Positions 40,344-50,252 are shown, counted from the stretch's first letter. The stretch is 54,204 nt of DNA from Chitinophagaceae bacterium (GCA_041691235.1 JBEPVC010000001.1:1-54204), one strand, 5' to 3'. Notes: generated by a model from the sequence alone, not told the origin. Numbers and translations are program-made.

Positions 40344-41332
40344 TTATTGATTCACAATCTTCATTCCTACTTCGGGATAACGAAGACCTGATGCCGCATT
40401 TTTGGGAAACGCTTCATTAATTTCCGTAAGTTCTTTTTGAGATAATAAAATTGTAGCAGCTTTTACATTTTCTTCAACATACTTTACCTTTTTTGTGCCT
40501 GGTATAGGAAACAGAAAATCACCTTGAGCCAGTACCCATGCAAGTGCCAGTTGTGAAGGCGTACATTTTTTTTCTTTGGCAATGGCTTCAATATTTTTTA
40601 CTAATTCAAGATTCTTATTAAAATTTTCACCCTGAAAACGTGGAGAGTTTCTCCTGAAATCATCGTCGGAAAAATCTTCGAATTTTTTTATTTGTCCGGT
40701 TAAAAATCCACGACCCAGCGGACTATATGGAACAAATGCAATTCCCAGTTCTTTACATGCAGGAAGGATTTCTTCTTCAGGGTCGCGGCTCCATAAACTA
40801 TATTCAGATTGTAGTGCCGAAATGGGATATACCGCATGTGCTTTGCGCAATGTATCAGCATTAACTTCGCTTAGGCCTATTCCTCTTACTTTACCTTCTT
40901 TTACCAGTTCTCCCATAGCACCGACTGTTTCTTCAATAGGCGTGTCTGGGTCTTTACGATGCAGGTAGTATAGGTCTATGATATCAACATTCAATCTTTT
41001 TAAGCTTGCCTCGCATGCAGCTTTCACATATTCTGGCTTGCCGTTGTATCCTCTAATCTTTGGATTGGCAGGATCTCTTTGAATACCAAACTTTGTTGCC
41101 AATGTGATTTCCTTTCTGAAAGGTTTAATAGCTTTCCCGACAAGAATCTCATTTTTAAATGGTCCGTACATATCGGCGGTATCAAAAAAAGTAATGCCTA
41201 ACTCATGTGCCCTTTGTATTGTTTTAATAGATTCTGCATCGTTAGATTCTCCATAAAATTCACTCATGCCCATACAGCCTAATCCAATAGTTGAAGCCAA
41301 TATCCCTGGCTTCCCAATGATTTAATTGTCAT
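40344..41332 (-). CDS. Aldo/keto reductase; 5' end appears frameshifted near 41301
   Basis: [51 protein letters not shown]; upstream out-of-frame ATG 41332 gives [10 protein letters not shown]. Confidence 0.85.
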
Positions 41333-41422
41333 ATTGTATATTTTAAATTTGCCTACAACATTTACAAGAGAAGGATTGAACAAATACCAAACCACTTTAT
41401 CACCCTGTGGCTAAATTTTGTC

Positions 41423-41605
41423 CTAGCTTTGAAGCGATGCTTCTGAAGAATCATCTTTCGATTTTGGCGGTGCGAGATTTTTTTTAGGCGATTGTCGCGT
41501 AGTTATTTCATTTTGTTCATTGTAACCTGCATCGGTTACCGAACCCTTGTGCTGTCCCTTATCTTCTTTTCTTTTCTGATAATATTTTTTTGAGCGGGGG
41601 TTCAT
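41423..41605 (-). CDS. Small hydrophilic hypothetical protein
   Basis: 60-aa ORF with A-rich start context, co-oriented with neighbours; no motif. Confidence 0.45.
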   Translation of the reverse strand: MNPRSKKYYQKRKEDKGQHKGSVTDAGYNEQNEITTRQSPKKNLAPPKSKDDSSEASLQS

Positions 41606-41648
41606 ATTTTTTATAAGTTAGCAGTATTCGTAAAAGAGAAGGGAATAT

Positions 41649-42026
41649 CTATGTTTCCTCGTCGGGAACTTCTTTCACTTTCTTTTTATCGGCAACATTG
41701 CTTTCTTCTGCAACAGTTACATTTTTTATTGTTAACTGGAATTTGGTATTAAGACTTATTTCGTAATTGTTGTCCTTCAATATTTGTTTGGCGGCATCAT
41801 CTTCCATTATTACGGAGGCAAGGTGCATTGCCAACGTAGAGCCACTGATCACATTTCCAACTTTACCATCGGTAAACTCAATGGTGAATTTATAACCTGC
41901 TTTTCGGCCTGTACCTGCACGTTCAAAATCAACCCGGTTCAGGTCCAAAAGCTGGTCACCTGTTGAGGATTTCTTCATTAGTATTTTGATGATAGGTAAG
42001 TATTTTTTCCAGATGTGATTGTACAT
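41649..42026 (-). CDS. Hypothetical protein (125 aa)
   Basis: Clean ORF with globular composition; no functional motif recognised. Confidence 0.7.
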   Translation of the reverse strand: MYNHIWKKYLPIIKILMKKSSTGDQLLDLNRVDFERAGTGRKAGYKFTIEFTDGKVGNVISGSTLAMHLASVIMEDDAAKQILKDNNYEISLNTKFQLTIKNVTVAEESNVADKKKVKEVPDEET

Positions 42027-42215
42027 GTACGAAATCTAATTTTAATTTTTTATTCGAAGTGTAGTATCCGGAAGAGAAAACCGGTCGGATAAAGATAGGT
42101 TAACCGCATTTAAGATAAAATTAGCGAAAATTTTCTTCCCGCTTAAAATTATTGAACAGAAAAATAAATTTTGACATTCTTTCCGTTATAAAGAGACGTT
42201 ATTCTTTACTATAAT

Positions 42216-42243
42216 AAAAAACCCCCGGCAAAAAAACCGGGGG
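42216..42243 (-). terminator. Strong orphan intrinsic terminator
   Basis: CCCCCGG/CCGGGGG 7-bp GC stem, 8-nt loop, TTTTTT tail on the minus strand. Confidence 0.75.
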
Positions 42244-42285
42244 AATTCCTGATTAAAAACTACACACACTAATTTTATTTTTTTA
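42216..42285 (-). ncRNA. Candidate ~70-nt small RNA
   Basis: Near-consensus -7 box CATATTTG (42296-42289), short non-coding tract, strong terminator; no upstream minus-strand ORF. Confidence 0.35.
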
Positions 42286-42612
42286 TTTCAAATATGTATT
42301 GACTTGCTAAAGGCAACGGATTATTGAAACGCTAAGTTTTAAAATTTTCTTCAAATTAATTTCCAGGTTTATTACATGGCTATTACCGTTTATTAATCGG
42401 TGATTGATAAGATACAAACAGAATAATCTTAAATATTGCTCTTCAACGCATTTTTTAAAACTAATTAAAGTAAAGGTTAGTAAAACAGAGCTTTGCTTAA
42501 ATAATTAATTTGTATTACCAACCAAACATTCATGCGCATTGAAGAGAATGCAAAGAAATTTTTTTATTTTTAATCAGACTTTACTTTCATCTTTTCTGCT
42601 TATACTTTTCTC

Positions 42613-44538
42613 ATGAAACGGGTGGTGATCATTTTATTTTTTTTAACTGCCGCCTCACCGGATTTTTACAGCATAGCTCAAACAAAAGCTATTGATAGCC
42701 TCAAACTGGAAATAAATACTGCATCAAACGATGATTATAAACTGGAAGCAATTTTTGCTTTATTAAAAAAAAAGCAATCCATTCCTACCGATACTTTATA
42801 CCGGTACGCATCAATGGCAAAAGCTTTAAGTATCTATAAAAGGAACACGCACGATGTAATTCTTTGCGATTATTATCTCATAAATTATCTTATAAAACTA
42901 GGGCTTGATGATTCTTGTATGATCATTTGCGACAGGTATATTCACCAGCTTTCAAAAAACAAGAATGAAAGTGATTTATACTTTGACTTTTTAAATTTCA
43001 AAGGATTTTTTTTTGTAAGAGAAACTAAATATAAAGAAGCACTCTCAATTTATTATAAGATGCTTTCAGAGGCTGAAGTCCTGCATGATACTTTAAATGA
43101 AGGAGGAGCGCAAACAGGTATAGGTTGGGTTTACATGGAAATGGACCAAAACCGCGAAGCTCTTAACTGGTTTTTTAAAGTAATACAAACCACAACAAAC
43201 AATGGAGCGAAATATGGAAATTATTACAGCACTATATATTCCAATATAGCCTCTATATATAATAATTTGAATAAAAATGATTCGGCAGAATTTTATATTA
43301 CCAAAGCAATTGACCTGGCAAGGAAGAACGACAACCTTCGCTATCTCGCAAATAGCCTGGCGATACATGCTGATATCCTTTCAGATTTAAAAAGAGACGG
43401 GGCTGCGGAATTAGCGCTGCTGGAAGCTATTAATATTCGAAAACAAATCGGAGATCCGTTTTACATTGTCAGTGATATGACAACACTTGCTATTTTCTAT
43501 AATCATACCGGAAGGCAGGAAAAAGGTATTGCTGTGTGCGAAGATGGTATCAAAATGGCAAACAAATACGGTTTATCAGCCAAGCTGCTTATACTTTATG
43601 ATGCACTTGCCGCCAACTACGAATCTGCGGGTAATTTTTCAAAATATGGTGAGACACTTAAGCAAATAATTGCAATCAAAGATTCTGTTTATCAAAAAAA
43701 TTCTGCTAATGCATTGGCGGAACTTCGAACAAAATATAATGTAGAGAAGCAACAAAACATAATCATTCAACAAAAATTTGATTTGGTAACAAAAAACTAT
43801 TTCATTTACGGCTCATTTGCTCTGTTGGTGTTGGCAATAATTATAAGCTACCTCATTTTCAGAGATTACCGGAGAAGACAAAAAATGAAACTGGAAAAAC
43901 TGTTATCAGAAGAAAAACAATTAAGCATCCTGGCAATTTCATCTGCGGAAGAAAAAGAGCGCAGGAGAATTGCCGCCGATCTTCATGATAATATGGGAGC
44001 TTATGCATCTGCAATTACAGCCAATGTAGATGATATGCTCTATCAAAAAGAAAACATGAATGTTGGATCGCTTCAGATTTTGAAAAACAATGCTGCGGAA
44101 ATTATGACCAATCTCCGCGATACTATTTGGGCGCTTAATAAAGATGAGATTTCTATAACGGGTATAAGTGATCGTTTTAAAATCTATCTGCAGAAAATTA
44201 GCTCTTCGTATCCAGACATTGCTATCGAATTCAACGAAAATATTAAACATGATGCCATGCTTCCGCCGGTACGTGCGCTTCACGTTTTCCGTATTTTACA
44301 GGAAGCAGTCACAAATGCATTGAAGCACAGTAATGCGCAAACAATAGAAATTAGCCTGTATTCCGACGCACAAATAAGTATAAGTATAAAAGACAATGGC
44401 AAGGGAATAGATTTTGCCGCTATAAAAAATACAGGCAATGGCTTAATAAATATAAAGTCAAGGGCCCGCGAAGCCGGTTTTGCACTAACCATAAAAAATA
44501 TAGAAACCGGGGGAACTATTGTAAATTTATCATCATAG
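42613..44538 (+). CDS. TPR-containing sensor histidine kinase (HisKA_3 type)
   Basis: Signal peptide, periplasmic TPR-like repeats, one TM helix, ERRRIAADLHD H-box, QEAVTNALKHS, DNGKG, GNGL. Confidence 0.92.
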   Translation: MKRVVIILFFLTAASPDFYSIAQTKAIDSLKLEINTASNDDYKLEAIFALLKKKQSIPTDTLYRYASMAKALSIYKRNTHDVILCDYYLINYLIKLGLDDSCMIICDRYIHQLSKNKNESDLYFDFLNFKGFFFVRETKYKEALSIYYKMLSEAEVLHDTLNEGGAQTGIGWVYMEMDQNREALNWFFKVIQTTTNNGAKYGNYYSTIYSNIASIYNNLNKNDSAEFYITKAIDLARKNDNLRYLANSLAIHADILSDLKRDGAAELALLEAINIRKQIGDPFYIVSDMTTLAIFYNHTGRQEKGIAVCEDGIKMANKYGLSAKLLILYDALAANYESAGNFSKYGETLKQIIAIKDSVYQKNSANALAELRTKYNVEKQQNIIIQQKFDLVTKNYFIYGSFALLVLAIIISYLIFRDYRRRQKMKLEKLLSEEKQLSILAISSAEEKERRRIAADLHDNMGAYASAITANVDDMLYQKENMNVGSLQILKNNAAEIMTNLRDTIWALNKDEISITGISDRFKIYLQKISSSYPDIAIEFNENIKHDAMLPPVRALHVFRILQEAVTNALKHSNAQTIEISLYSDAQISISIKDNGKGIDFAAIKNTGNGLINIKSRAREAGFALTIKNIETGGTIVNLSS

Positions 44539-44560
44539 CAATACTACAAAATATGTATTG
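44539..44560. promoter_or_regulatory. Palindromic operator-like site CAATAC-N10-GTATTG
   Basis: Perfect 6-bp inverted repeat between the kinase and response regulator genes. Confidence 0.45.
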
Positions 44561-44604
44561 TTTGTCATGAGGAAGTTTATCATTTTACATTCAAATTTTT
44601 TTCT

Positions 44605-45300
44605 ATGAGCACATTAATTGCCATTGTGGATGATAAAGCCATCAACCGAAATACTTTTGAACATAAGATAAAATTGTTTGAGGATTTGGATATTGTGTTT
44701 ATGGCTGTAAATGGAAATGATTGTCTCGAGCAACTTAAAGGTCTTCCGGTAAATAAGCTTCCAAAGCTCATTTTTATGGATCTTGAAATGCCTGGCCTTA
44801 GCGGCATTCAAACAATAGAAATTGCCAAGCAATTATATCCACAAATCAATTTCATTGTGCTTACCGTTTTTGATGACGAAGAAAAAATATTTGAATCAAT
44901 AAAAGCTGGTGCGTGTGGTTACCTGCTTAAAGATGAAAACGCGGGATCCATTTACAGCGCAATTATTAATACGCTCGAATTTGGAGGATCACCAATGAGC
45001 CCCGCCATAGCAAGGAAAACGCTTGATTTACTAAGCAAAGCTTCGTTGCCTTCTCCAAGCGCAACCAAAGAAAATGATACGCTGAATTATCTATTATCAG
45101 ACAGAGAAAAGGAGATACTTCAATATACCATTCACGGAGACGATGCCAAGAGGATTGCGCAAACGCTGAATATAAGCGTTTACACAGTACGTAAGCATAT
45201 CTCCAATATTTATGAAAAATTACATGTAAACTCAAAAGCTCAAATCATGCACCTCGCTCATCAGCAAAAATGGTTTGATAATATCTCCCTTTTTTTATAA
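44605..45300 (+). CDS. NarL/LuxR-family response regulator
   Basis: IVDD, FMDLEMP, LTVF, GYLLK receiver; LSDREKEIL..TVRKHISNIYEKL HTH. Confidence 0.95.
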   Translation: MSTLIAIVDDKAINRNTFEHKIKLFEDLDIVFMAVNGNDCLEQLKGLPVNKLPKLIFMDLEMPGLSGIQTIEIAKQLYPQINFIVLTVFDDEEKIFESIKAGACGYLLKDENAGSIYSAIINTLEFGGSPMSPAIARKTLDLLSKASLPSPSATKENDTLNYLLSDREKEILQYTIHGDDAKRIAQTLNISVYTVRKHISNIYEKLHVNSKAQIMHLAHQQKWFDNISLFL

Positions 45301-45465
45301 AATTTCTACACATTTCAGTATGTAATTCCAAAAAAATAATGGATATTGCCGCGAATTACAAAGCAATCCATTTATAATCGTTCCCCGCTGATAACCATTT
45401 GTAAATTAATATTACATCTGCATTTAGTATTGATTAAATTTGTTGGGGTTACAACTTATATTTGA

Positions 45466-46992
45466 ATGGCATTCATCGAAATTAAACTTCCGAAATATCT
45501 TTCAAGGGCATTAAATATCCCTGTAAGTTCTCCAAGGAGGCAGCAGGTAAAAGTGTTAACAAAGCTTCTTAAAAAAGCACGATTCACTGAGTTCGGCCAA
45601 AAATACCGTTTCGATGAAATTCTGTTAAGCAAGTTTCCTGCAAAACGGTTTCAAAAGATTGTGCCAACTTACGATTACAGTCAAATATTTCATGAATGGT
45701 GGCATCGGGCGCTTGATGGTAAACCTGATGTTTGCTGGCCTGGTATCATTAAATTTTTTGCATTAAGCAGTGGCACGAGTGATTCTTCAAGTAAATATAT
45801 CCCGATTACAAAAGAGCTTATAAGAGCCAATACCCTCACAAGTTTTAAGCAATTAATAAGCCTCGCTTCGTATAATAATGTACCAAAAAAATATGTAGGC
45901 AAGGGATGGCTGATGCTTGGTGGAAGCACACATTTGCAAAAATCCGCAACCTATTATGCCGGAGACCTGAGTGGCATACAGGCTAAAAATATTCCTTTCT
46001 GGTTCCAGGGAATGTATAAGCCCGGAAAAAAAATTGCAAAGAATACAGATTGGTCAAAAAAGCTGGATGAAATTGTTGAGAAAGCGCCTGAGTGGGATAT
46101 TGCTTTTCTTGTAGGAGTACCTGCATGGGTGCAACTCTGTATGGAAAAAGTAATTGAAAGGTATAATCTGAAAAATATTCATGAAATATGGCCCAATCTC
46201 GCTTTCTATGTACACGGAGGAGTTGCGCTTGAACCATATAAAAAAGGATTTAATAAATTGCTCGGTAAGCCTATCACTTACATTGAAACCTATCTTGCGA
46301 GTGAAGGATTTCTGGCTTATCAGAACCGGCAGGACGCGAAAGGAATGCGGCTTGCAATCAATAATAATATTTTTTTTGAGTTTGTGCCATTCGATTATAA
46401 AAATTTCGATAGCGAAGGAAACATGGTTGATAATCCCGAGACTTTAATGATACATGAGGTAGAGGAAAACAAAAATTATGCAATTCTTATCAGCACAAAT
46501 GCGGGAACATGGCGTTACCTTATAGGTGACACTGTAAAATTTGTTGATGTTGAAAAATGTGAAATCATTATTACAGGCCGTACCAAACATTTCCTCAGCC
46601 TTGTGGGTGAGCATTTGAGTGTAGACAATATGAATAAAGCAATTGAGTTAGTGAGCGAGGAACTTAATATTTCGATTGGAGAGTTTACAGTAGCCGGCAT
46701 ACCTTATGGCAGTTTCTTTGCGCATCGTTGGTTTATTGCAACAAATGATAAAGTGAACTCAGAACACTTAAAGATAATGATTGACGAAAAGCTCAAAGAA
46801 CTGAACGACGATTACGAAGTAGAAAGAAAACACGCTCTCAAAGAAATTTTTGTAGATGTGCTAAGTGAAGAAACTTTTATGAATTTTATGAGAGCGAAAG
46901 GAAAGGTAGGAGGGCAACATAAATTTCCAAGAGTATTAAAAGGAAAAATGTTGCAGGATTGGCAAAAATTTTTGAAAGGAGAAAAAGTTTAA
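45466..46992 (+). CDS. GH3 family adenylate-forming acyl-amido synthetase, copy 2
   Basis: SSGTS..SK, YLASEG, RYLIGD, GGQHKFPRV; TAAATTTG promoter box at 45435-45442. Confidence 0.9.
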   Translation: MAFIEIKLPKYLSRALNIPVSSPRRQQVKVLTKLLKKARFTEFGQKYRFDEILLSKFPAKRFQKIVPTYDYSQIFHEWWHRALDGKPDVCWPGIIKFFALSSGTSDSSSKYIPITKELIRANTLTSFKQLISLASYNNVPKKYVGKGWLMLGGSTHLQKSATYYAGDLSGIQAKNIPFWFQGMYKPGKKIAKNTDWSKKLDEIVEKAPEWDIAFLVGVPAWVQLCMEKVIERYNLKNIHEIWPNLAFYVHGGVALEPYKKGFNKLLGKPITYIETYLASEGFLAYQNRQDAKGMRLAINNNIFFEFVPFDYKNFDSEGNMVDNPETLMIHEVEENKNYAILISTNAGTWRYLIGDTVKFVDVEKCEIIITGRTKHFLSLVGEHLSVDNMNKAIELVSEELNISIGEFTVAGIPYGSFFAHRWFIATNDKVNSEHLKIMIDEKLKELNDDYEVERKHALKEIFVDVLSEETFMNFMRAKGKVGGQHKFPRVLKGKMLQDWQKFLKGEKV

Positions 46993-47091
46993 TTTTTCAT
47001 TCCTGCTTATTATAGCCCTGCTTTTGGTTGAAATTTTAATTGTAGTTTTATAATCCTTCTATTTCTAAATAATTAAATACTTCTCCTGTAA

Positions 47092-47745
47092 ATGGTAGAT
47101 GTTCTTGAAGCAATACTCAAAGGTCTTGCGATGGGCCTGCTACTTGTGATTTCTGTTGGGCCCGTAATTTTTACAATAATCAAACAAAGCGTAAACAATG
47201 GAAAGCAAGGTGGCTTTAGTTTTGTAATCGGTGTATGGGTAAGCGATTTTCTTCTAATAATATTAAGCAATGTTTTTTCAGAAATAGTTACACGCTTACT
47301 CGATTTTAAAAAACCAATTGGAATAGCCGGAAGTCTTTTTTTAATGGCAATGGGGATCTATTATATGTTTTTTAAAAAAGTTCATCTTCACCCGGAAGAT
47401 ATTTCCTTACCTCCTCTAAAAGCGAGTGACCACGCAAAGATTGCACTGCAGGGATTTTTTTTAAACACTCTTAACCCGGCAGTAATGGCATTTTGGCTTA
47501 CAGCGGCAACAGCCATTAATGTAACACACACGGTAAAAGAGCGAATCATTATTTTTGCAACAGCATTCCTGATGAATGTCTCCGCAGATATAGCCAAAGT
47601 TACACTGGCAGGCAAGCTACGGAAAAAGCTTACTGTAAAAAATATAAGAGTGATTAATAAACTATCAGGATTAATCTTACTTACATTTGGCACCGTTTTG
47701 CTGGTCGGCGTTTTATTCTTCATAAAAAAACACCTTCACCAATGA
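47092..47745 (+). CDS. LysE/RhtB family translocator
   Basis: SVGPV N-terminal motif, GFFLNTLNP, about 6 TM helices. Confidence 0.88.
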   Translation: MVDVLEAILKGLAMGLLLVISVGPVIFTIIKQSVNNGKQGGFSFVIGVWVSDFLLIILSNVFSEIVTRLLDFKKPIGIAGSLFLMAMGIYYMFFKKVHLHPEDISLPPLKASDHAKIALQGFFLNTLNPAVMAFWLTAATAINVTHTVKERIIIFATAFLMNVSADIAKVTLAGKLRKKLTVKNIRVINKLSGLILLTFGTVLLVGVLFFIKKHLHQ

Positions 47746-48296
47746 AACCTTTTTGTGTGTTGATGATAAGTTTTTTATGTTTCTTTTCGTGTAATTCCCA
47801 GCCTTCGGACATATTAATTTTGAAAAAAAATCAACGCACGTTACAAACTTTCTTCCCCGGAAACGAAATAGATTTTAATACATCTGGCGGATCTTACAGT
47901 GGCGTAATAAAATCTATAACCCGCGATTCTTTGTTTCTTATTTATTATGATATCAAACAAATGCCCACTAATCTTGGTGTATATATTTTAGACACTATTG
48001 CTAAATATCCGTTTGCAATTAACTATAACGAAATAACAGGCTTTGGTAAAAACAGGAATAATAAATTTAACTGGTCGGGCTCGGGAGCTGCTTTATTAGG
48101 TGGCGGCACATTGCTTACTGTAGTTGGCCTTGGAACATGGCTTTTTACAAAACCAAATTCGAGATATTACGCAAGTCCTTATCTTGTAGGTAGCGCAGCG
48201 GTACTTGCAGGAATAGGATACCTGCTGCTTAAAACAAATGGTAAAGGAATAGTATTGGGAAAAAAGTATTCTCTCGAATACATTAAGGTGAATTAA
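47742..48296 (+). CDS. Hypothetical lipoprotein/membrane protein
   Basis: Lipobox-like FFS-C, two C-terminal TM segments; ATGA overlap with the LysE gene. Confidence 0.65.
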   Translation: MKPFCVLMISFLCFFSCNSQPSDILILKKNQRTLQTFFPGNEIDFNTSGGSYSGVIKSITRDSLFLIYYDIKQMPTNLGVYILDTIAKYPFAINYNEITGFGKNRNNKFNWSGSGAALLGGGTLLTVVGLGTWLFTKPNSRYYASPYLVGSAAVLAGIGYLLLKTNGKGIVLGKKYSLEYIKVN

Positions 48297-48307
48297 AAAT
48301 ATCTCTT

Positions 48308-49015
48308 TTGAAAACCAAAAAAAAGGAAAGAAAATTACCTGCAAGAATTCTACGAATTATCTTTAAGTTTTTTCTGTACGAATTTTTGTTTTCACTATTG
48401 TACATTCTTTTTTGCAAATGGATAAATCCCCCAATTACTATCACACAGATTGGAAGCCTTGTTCATGGAAACGGACTGCATAGGGATTATGTAAACATGA
48501 ATGAGATAAGCGCAAATGCAAAGCTTGCGGTGATGGCGGGCGAAGATCAACTTTTCCCGGATCACAACGGCTTCGATTTTAAAAGCATTCAAAAAGCCAT
48601 GAAGCATAATCAAAAAAGCAAATCACTACGGGGCGCCAGCACAATTAGCCAGCAAGTTGCCAAAAATGTTTTTTTATGGCAGCACGGAGGTTACCTGCGC
48701 AAAGGACTGGAAGTATATTTCACTTTCGTGATTGAAAATGTATGGAGTAAAAAAAGAATCCTTGAGATGTACTTAAATGTAGCCGAAATGGGCAAAGGAA
48801 TTTTTGGTGTTGAAGCTGCAGCACAACATTACTTTCACAAGCCGGCTAAAAATCTGTCAAGAAAAGAGGCTGCATTAATAGCCGCTTGCCTTCCTAACCC
48901 CCAGGGCTATACGATACAACCACTATCGGCTCATGTAGCTTTAAGATATCCCTGGATTTTAAGACAGATGAACAACCTTGAGGCTGACCCGGACATCCAG
49001 GCTTTATTAAAATAG
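48308..49015 (+). CDS. mtgA: Monofunctional biosynthetic peptidoglycan transglycosylase
   Basis: EDQLF..HNGFD, GASTISQQVAKN, RKGLE, KKRILEMYLN. Confidence 0.94.
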   Translation: MKTKKKERKLPARILRIIFKFFLYEFLFSLLYILFCKWINPPITITQIGSLVHGNGLHRDYVNMNEISANAKLAVMAGEDQLFPDHNGFDFKSIQKAMKHNQKSKSLRGASTISQQVAKNVFLWQHGGYLRKGLEVYFTFVIENVWSKKRILEMYLNVAEMGKGIFGVEAAAQHYFHKPAKNLSRKEAALIAACLPNPQGYTIQPLSAHVALRYPWILRQMNNLEADPDIQALLK

Positions 49016-49027
49016 TAAATCGCATTA

Positions 49028-49567
49028 TCAGCAGTTAGCTTCAATAATCTTCACTGCTTTTTCAAACCGCTCTTCGTAACTACCAGTAATGTCAAACCAG
49101 GGCACTGGCTGGTTAATCATAATATCTTTATAATATTGATACAGTTTTTCTCTCACGCTTTTATCAGGATATTCTCTCAACGCATCTTTAACCCATTCCA
49201 AATCTATATTGCATAAGAGATAGCAATCATAGTTTCTTTCAGCAATCCGGTTCAAAATCCAGTTATGGCATTTATTAAAAACAAACTCACACCACACCTT
49301 CATTACATACAAGTCTGTGTCAATAAATAATTTTGAGTTTTCAATTTTCAATTTTGAATTTTTCAAACTGTTTTCTTCCAAATCAATTTGGCCTTTTGCG
49401 ATAGTAAGTAAGTCTTCGTAAGAATAATGAGTTCCATATTTTTCTAAATACTCCCTTGCATATTCGGAAACCCATGAGGTTTTAAAATGATCAGCAAGCT
49501 GAGCACACAAAGTGCTTTTGCCAGTTGACTCAGGCCCGATAACAACAATTTTTTTTACTGTTTCCAT
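49028..49567 (-). CDS. NadR-like ribosylnicotinamide kinase domain (AAA_28) protein
   Basis: GPESTGKST, EYAREY, FIDT, WVKDALRE; coupled to pnuC. Confidence 0.85.
   Translation of the reverse strand: METVKKIVVIGPESTGKSTLCAQLADHFKTSWVSEYAREYLEKYGTHYSYEDLLTIAKGQIDLEENSLKNSKLKIENSKLFIDTDLYVMKVWCEFVFNKCHNWILNRIAERNYDCYLLCNIDLEWVKDALREYPDKSVREKLYQYYKDIMINQPVPWFDITGSYEERFEKAVKIIEANC
49329..49363. repeat. Five tandem 7-mers (AATTTTG/C) inside the NadR-like gene
   Basis: aattttg agttttc aattttc aattttg aattttt. Confidence 0.7.
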
Positions 49568-50214
49568 TCGGGTAACTCTTCTTTTTCAAGTGAATGTTTT
49601 TTTGCTCTTTTAATCCATTCTCTTAACCCCCAAAAAGCCATTATAAGCAATATGAAATAATAAACACTTGTAAATACATAATGTTTTACAAAGTATAATG
49701 GAATGGAAGCAATATTAGTTGCTATCCACCAATACCAGCTTTCTACTTTTTTACGTGCCATAAGCCACATACCCGTAAACGCTGTGGCGCTGGCAAAAGC
49801 ATCTGCCCATGGAATAGCGCCGGGCGCAAAATCTTTTTTAAGATAAGTGAGAGCGCTGAAAATCGCAATGTAAAAAGCAACGAAAAAAAGAATCTCCTGC
49901 AACCATTCTTTTTTATTTGACCACGTTATAAGAACTATATGTTCCTGTTGCTGGTTTTTTTTTGCCCACAATATCCATCCGTAAATGCTCATTACCGTGT
50001 AATAAAAATTAACAGATGCCTCGCCAAGCAAACTTCCTTTAATACTGATATAAACGTAAATAATAGTGTTAACTAACCCTACGGGATAAACGAGAATTTT
50101 TTCAGCCCGTGAATACCATACACTTGCAATGCCGAAGAATACAGCAATATATTCCAGCAAAGAGGTCTGCTGCATACCCGATATAAACCTTTGACAGATT
50201 TCTGTAAAACTCAA
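49555..50214 (-). CDS. pnuC: Nicotinamide riboside transporter PnuC
   Basis: YGWILW, PWADAF, MARKKVESWYWW motifs. Confidence 0.92.
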   Translation of the reverse strand: MSFTEICQRFISGMQQTSLLEYIAVFFGIASVWYSRAEKILVYPVGLVNTIIYVYISIKGSLLGEASVNFYYTVMSIYGWILWAKKNQQQEHIVLITWSNKKEWLQEILFFVAFYIAIFSALTYLKKDFAPGAIPWADAFASATAFTGMWLMARKKVESWYWWIATNIASIPLYFVKHYVFTSVYYFILLIMAFWGLREWIKRAKKHSLEKEELPEWKQ

Positions 50215-50252
50215 TTAGAAAGTTGAAGGTCAAAAATAAGTTGGAATAAAAT

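Noticed and set aside
42439-42546. Imperfect inverted repeat CTCTTCAA(TG)CGCAT upstream of the kinase
   Set aside because: Short, gapped and about 80 nt apart with no target-site duplication seen; not enough to call a MITE or operator.
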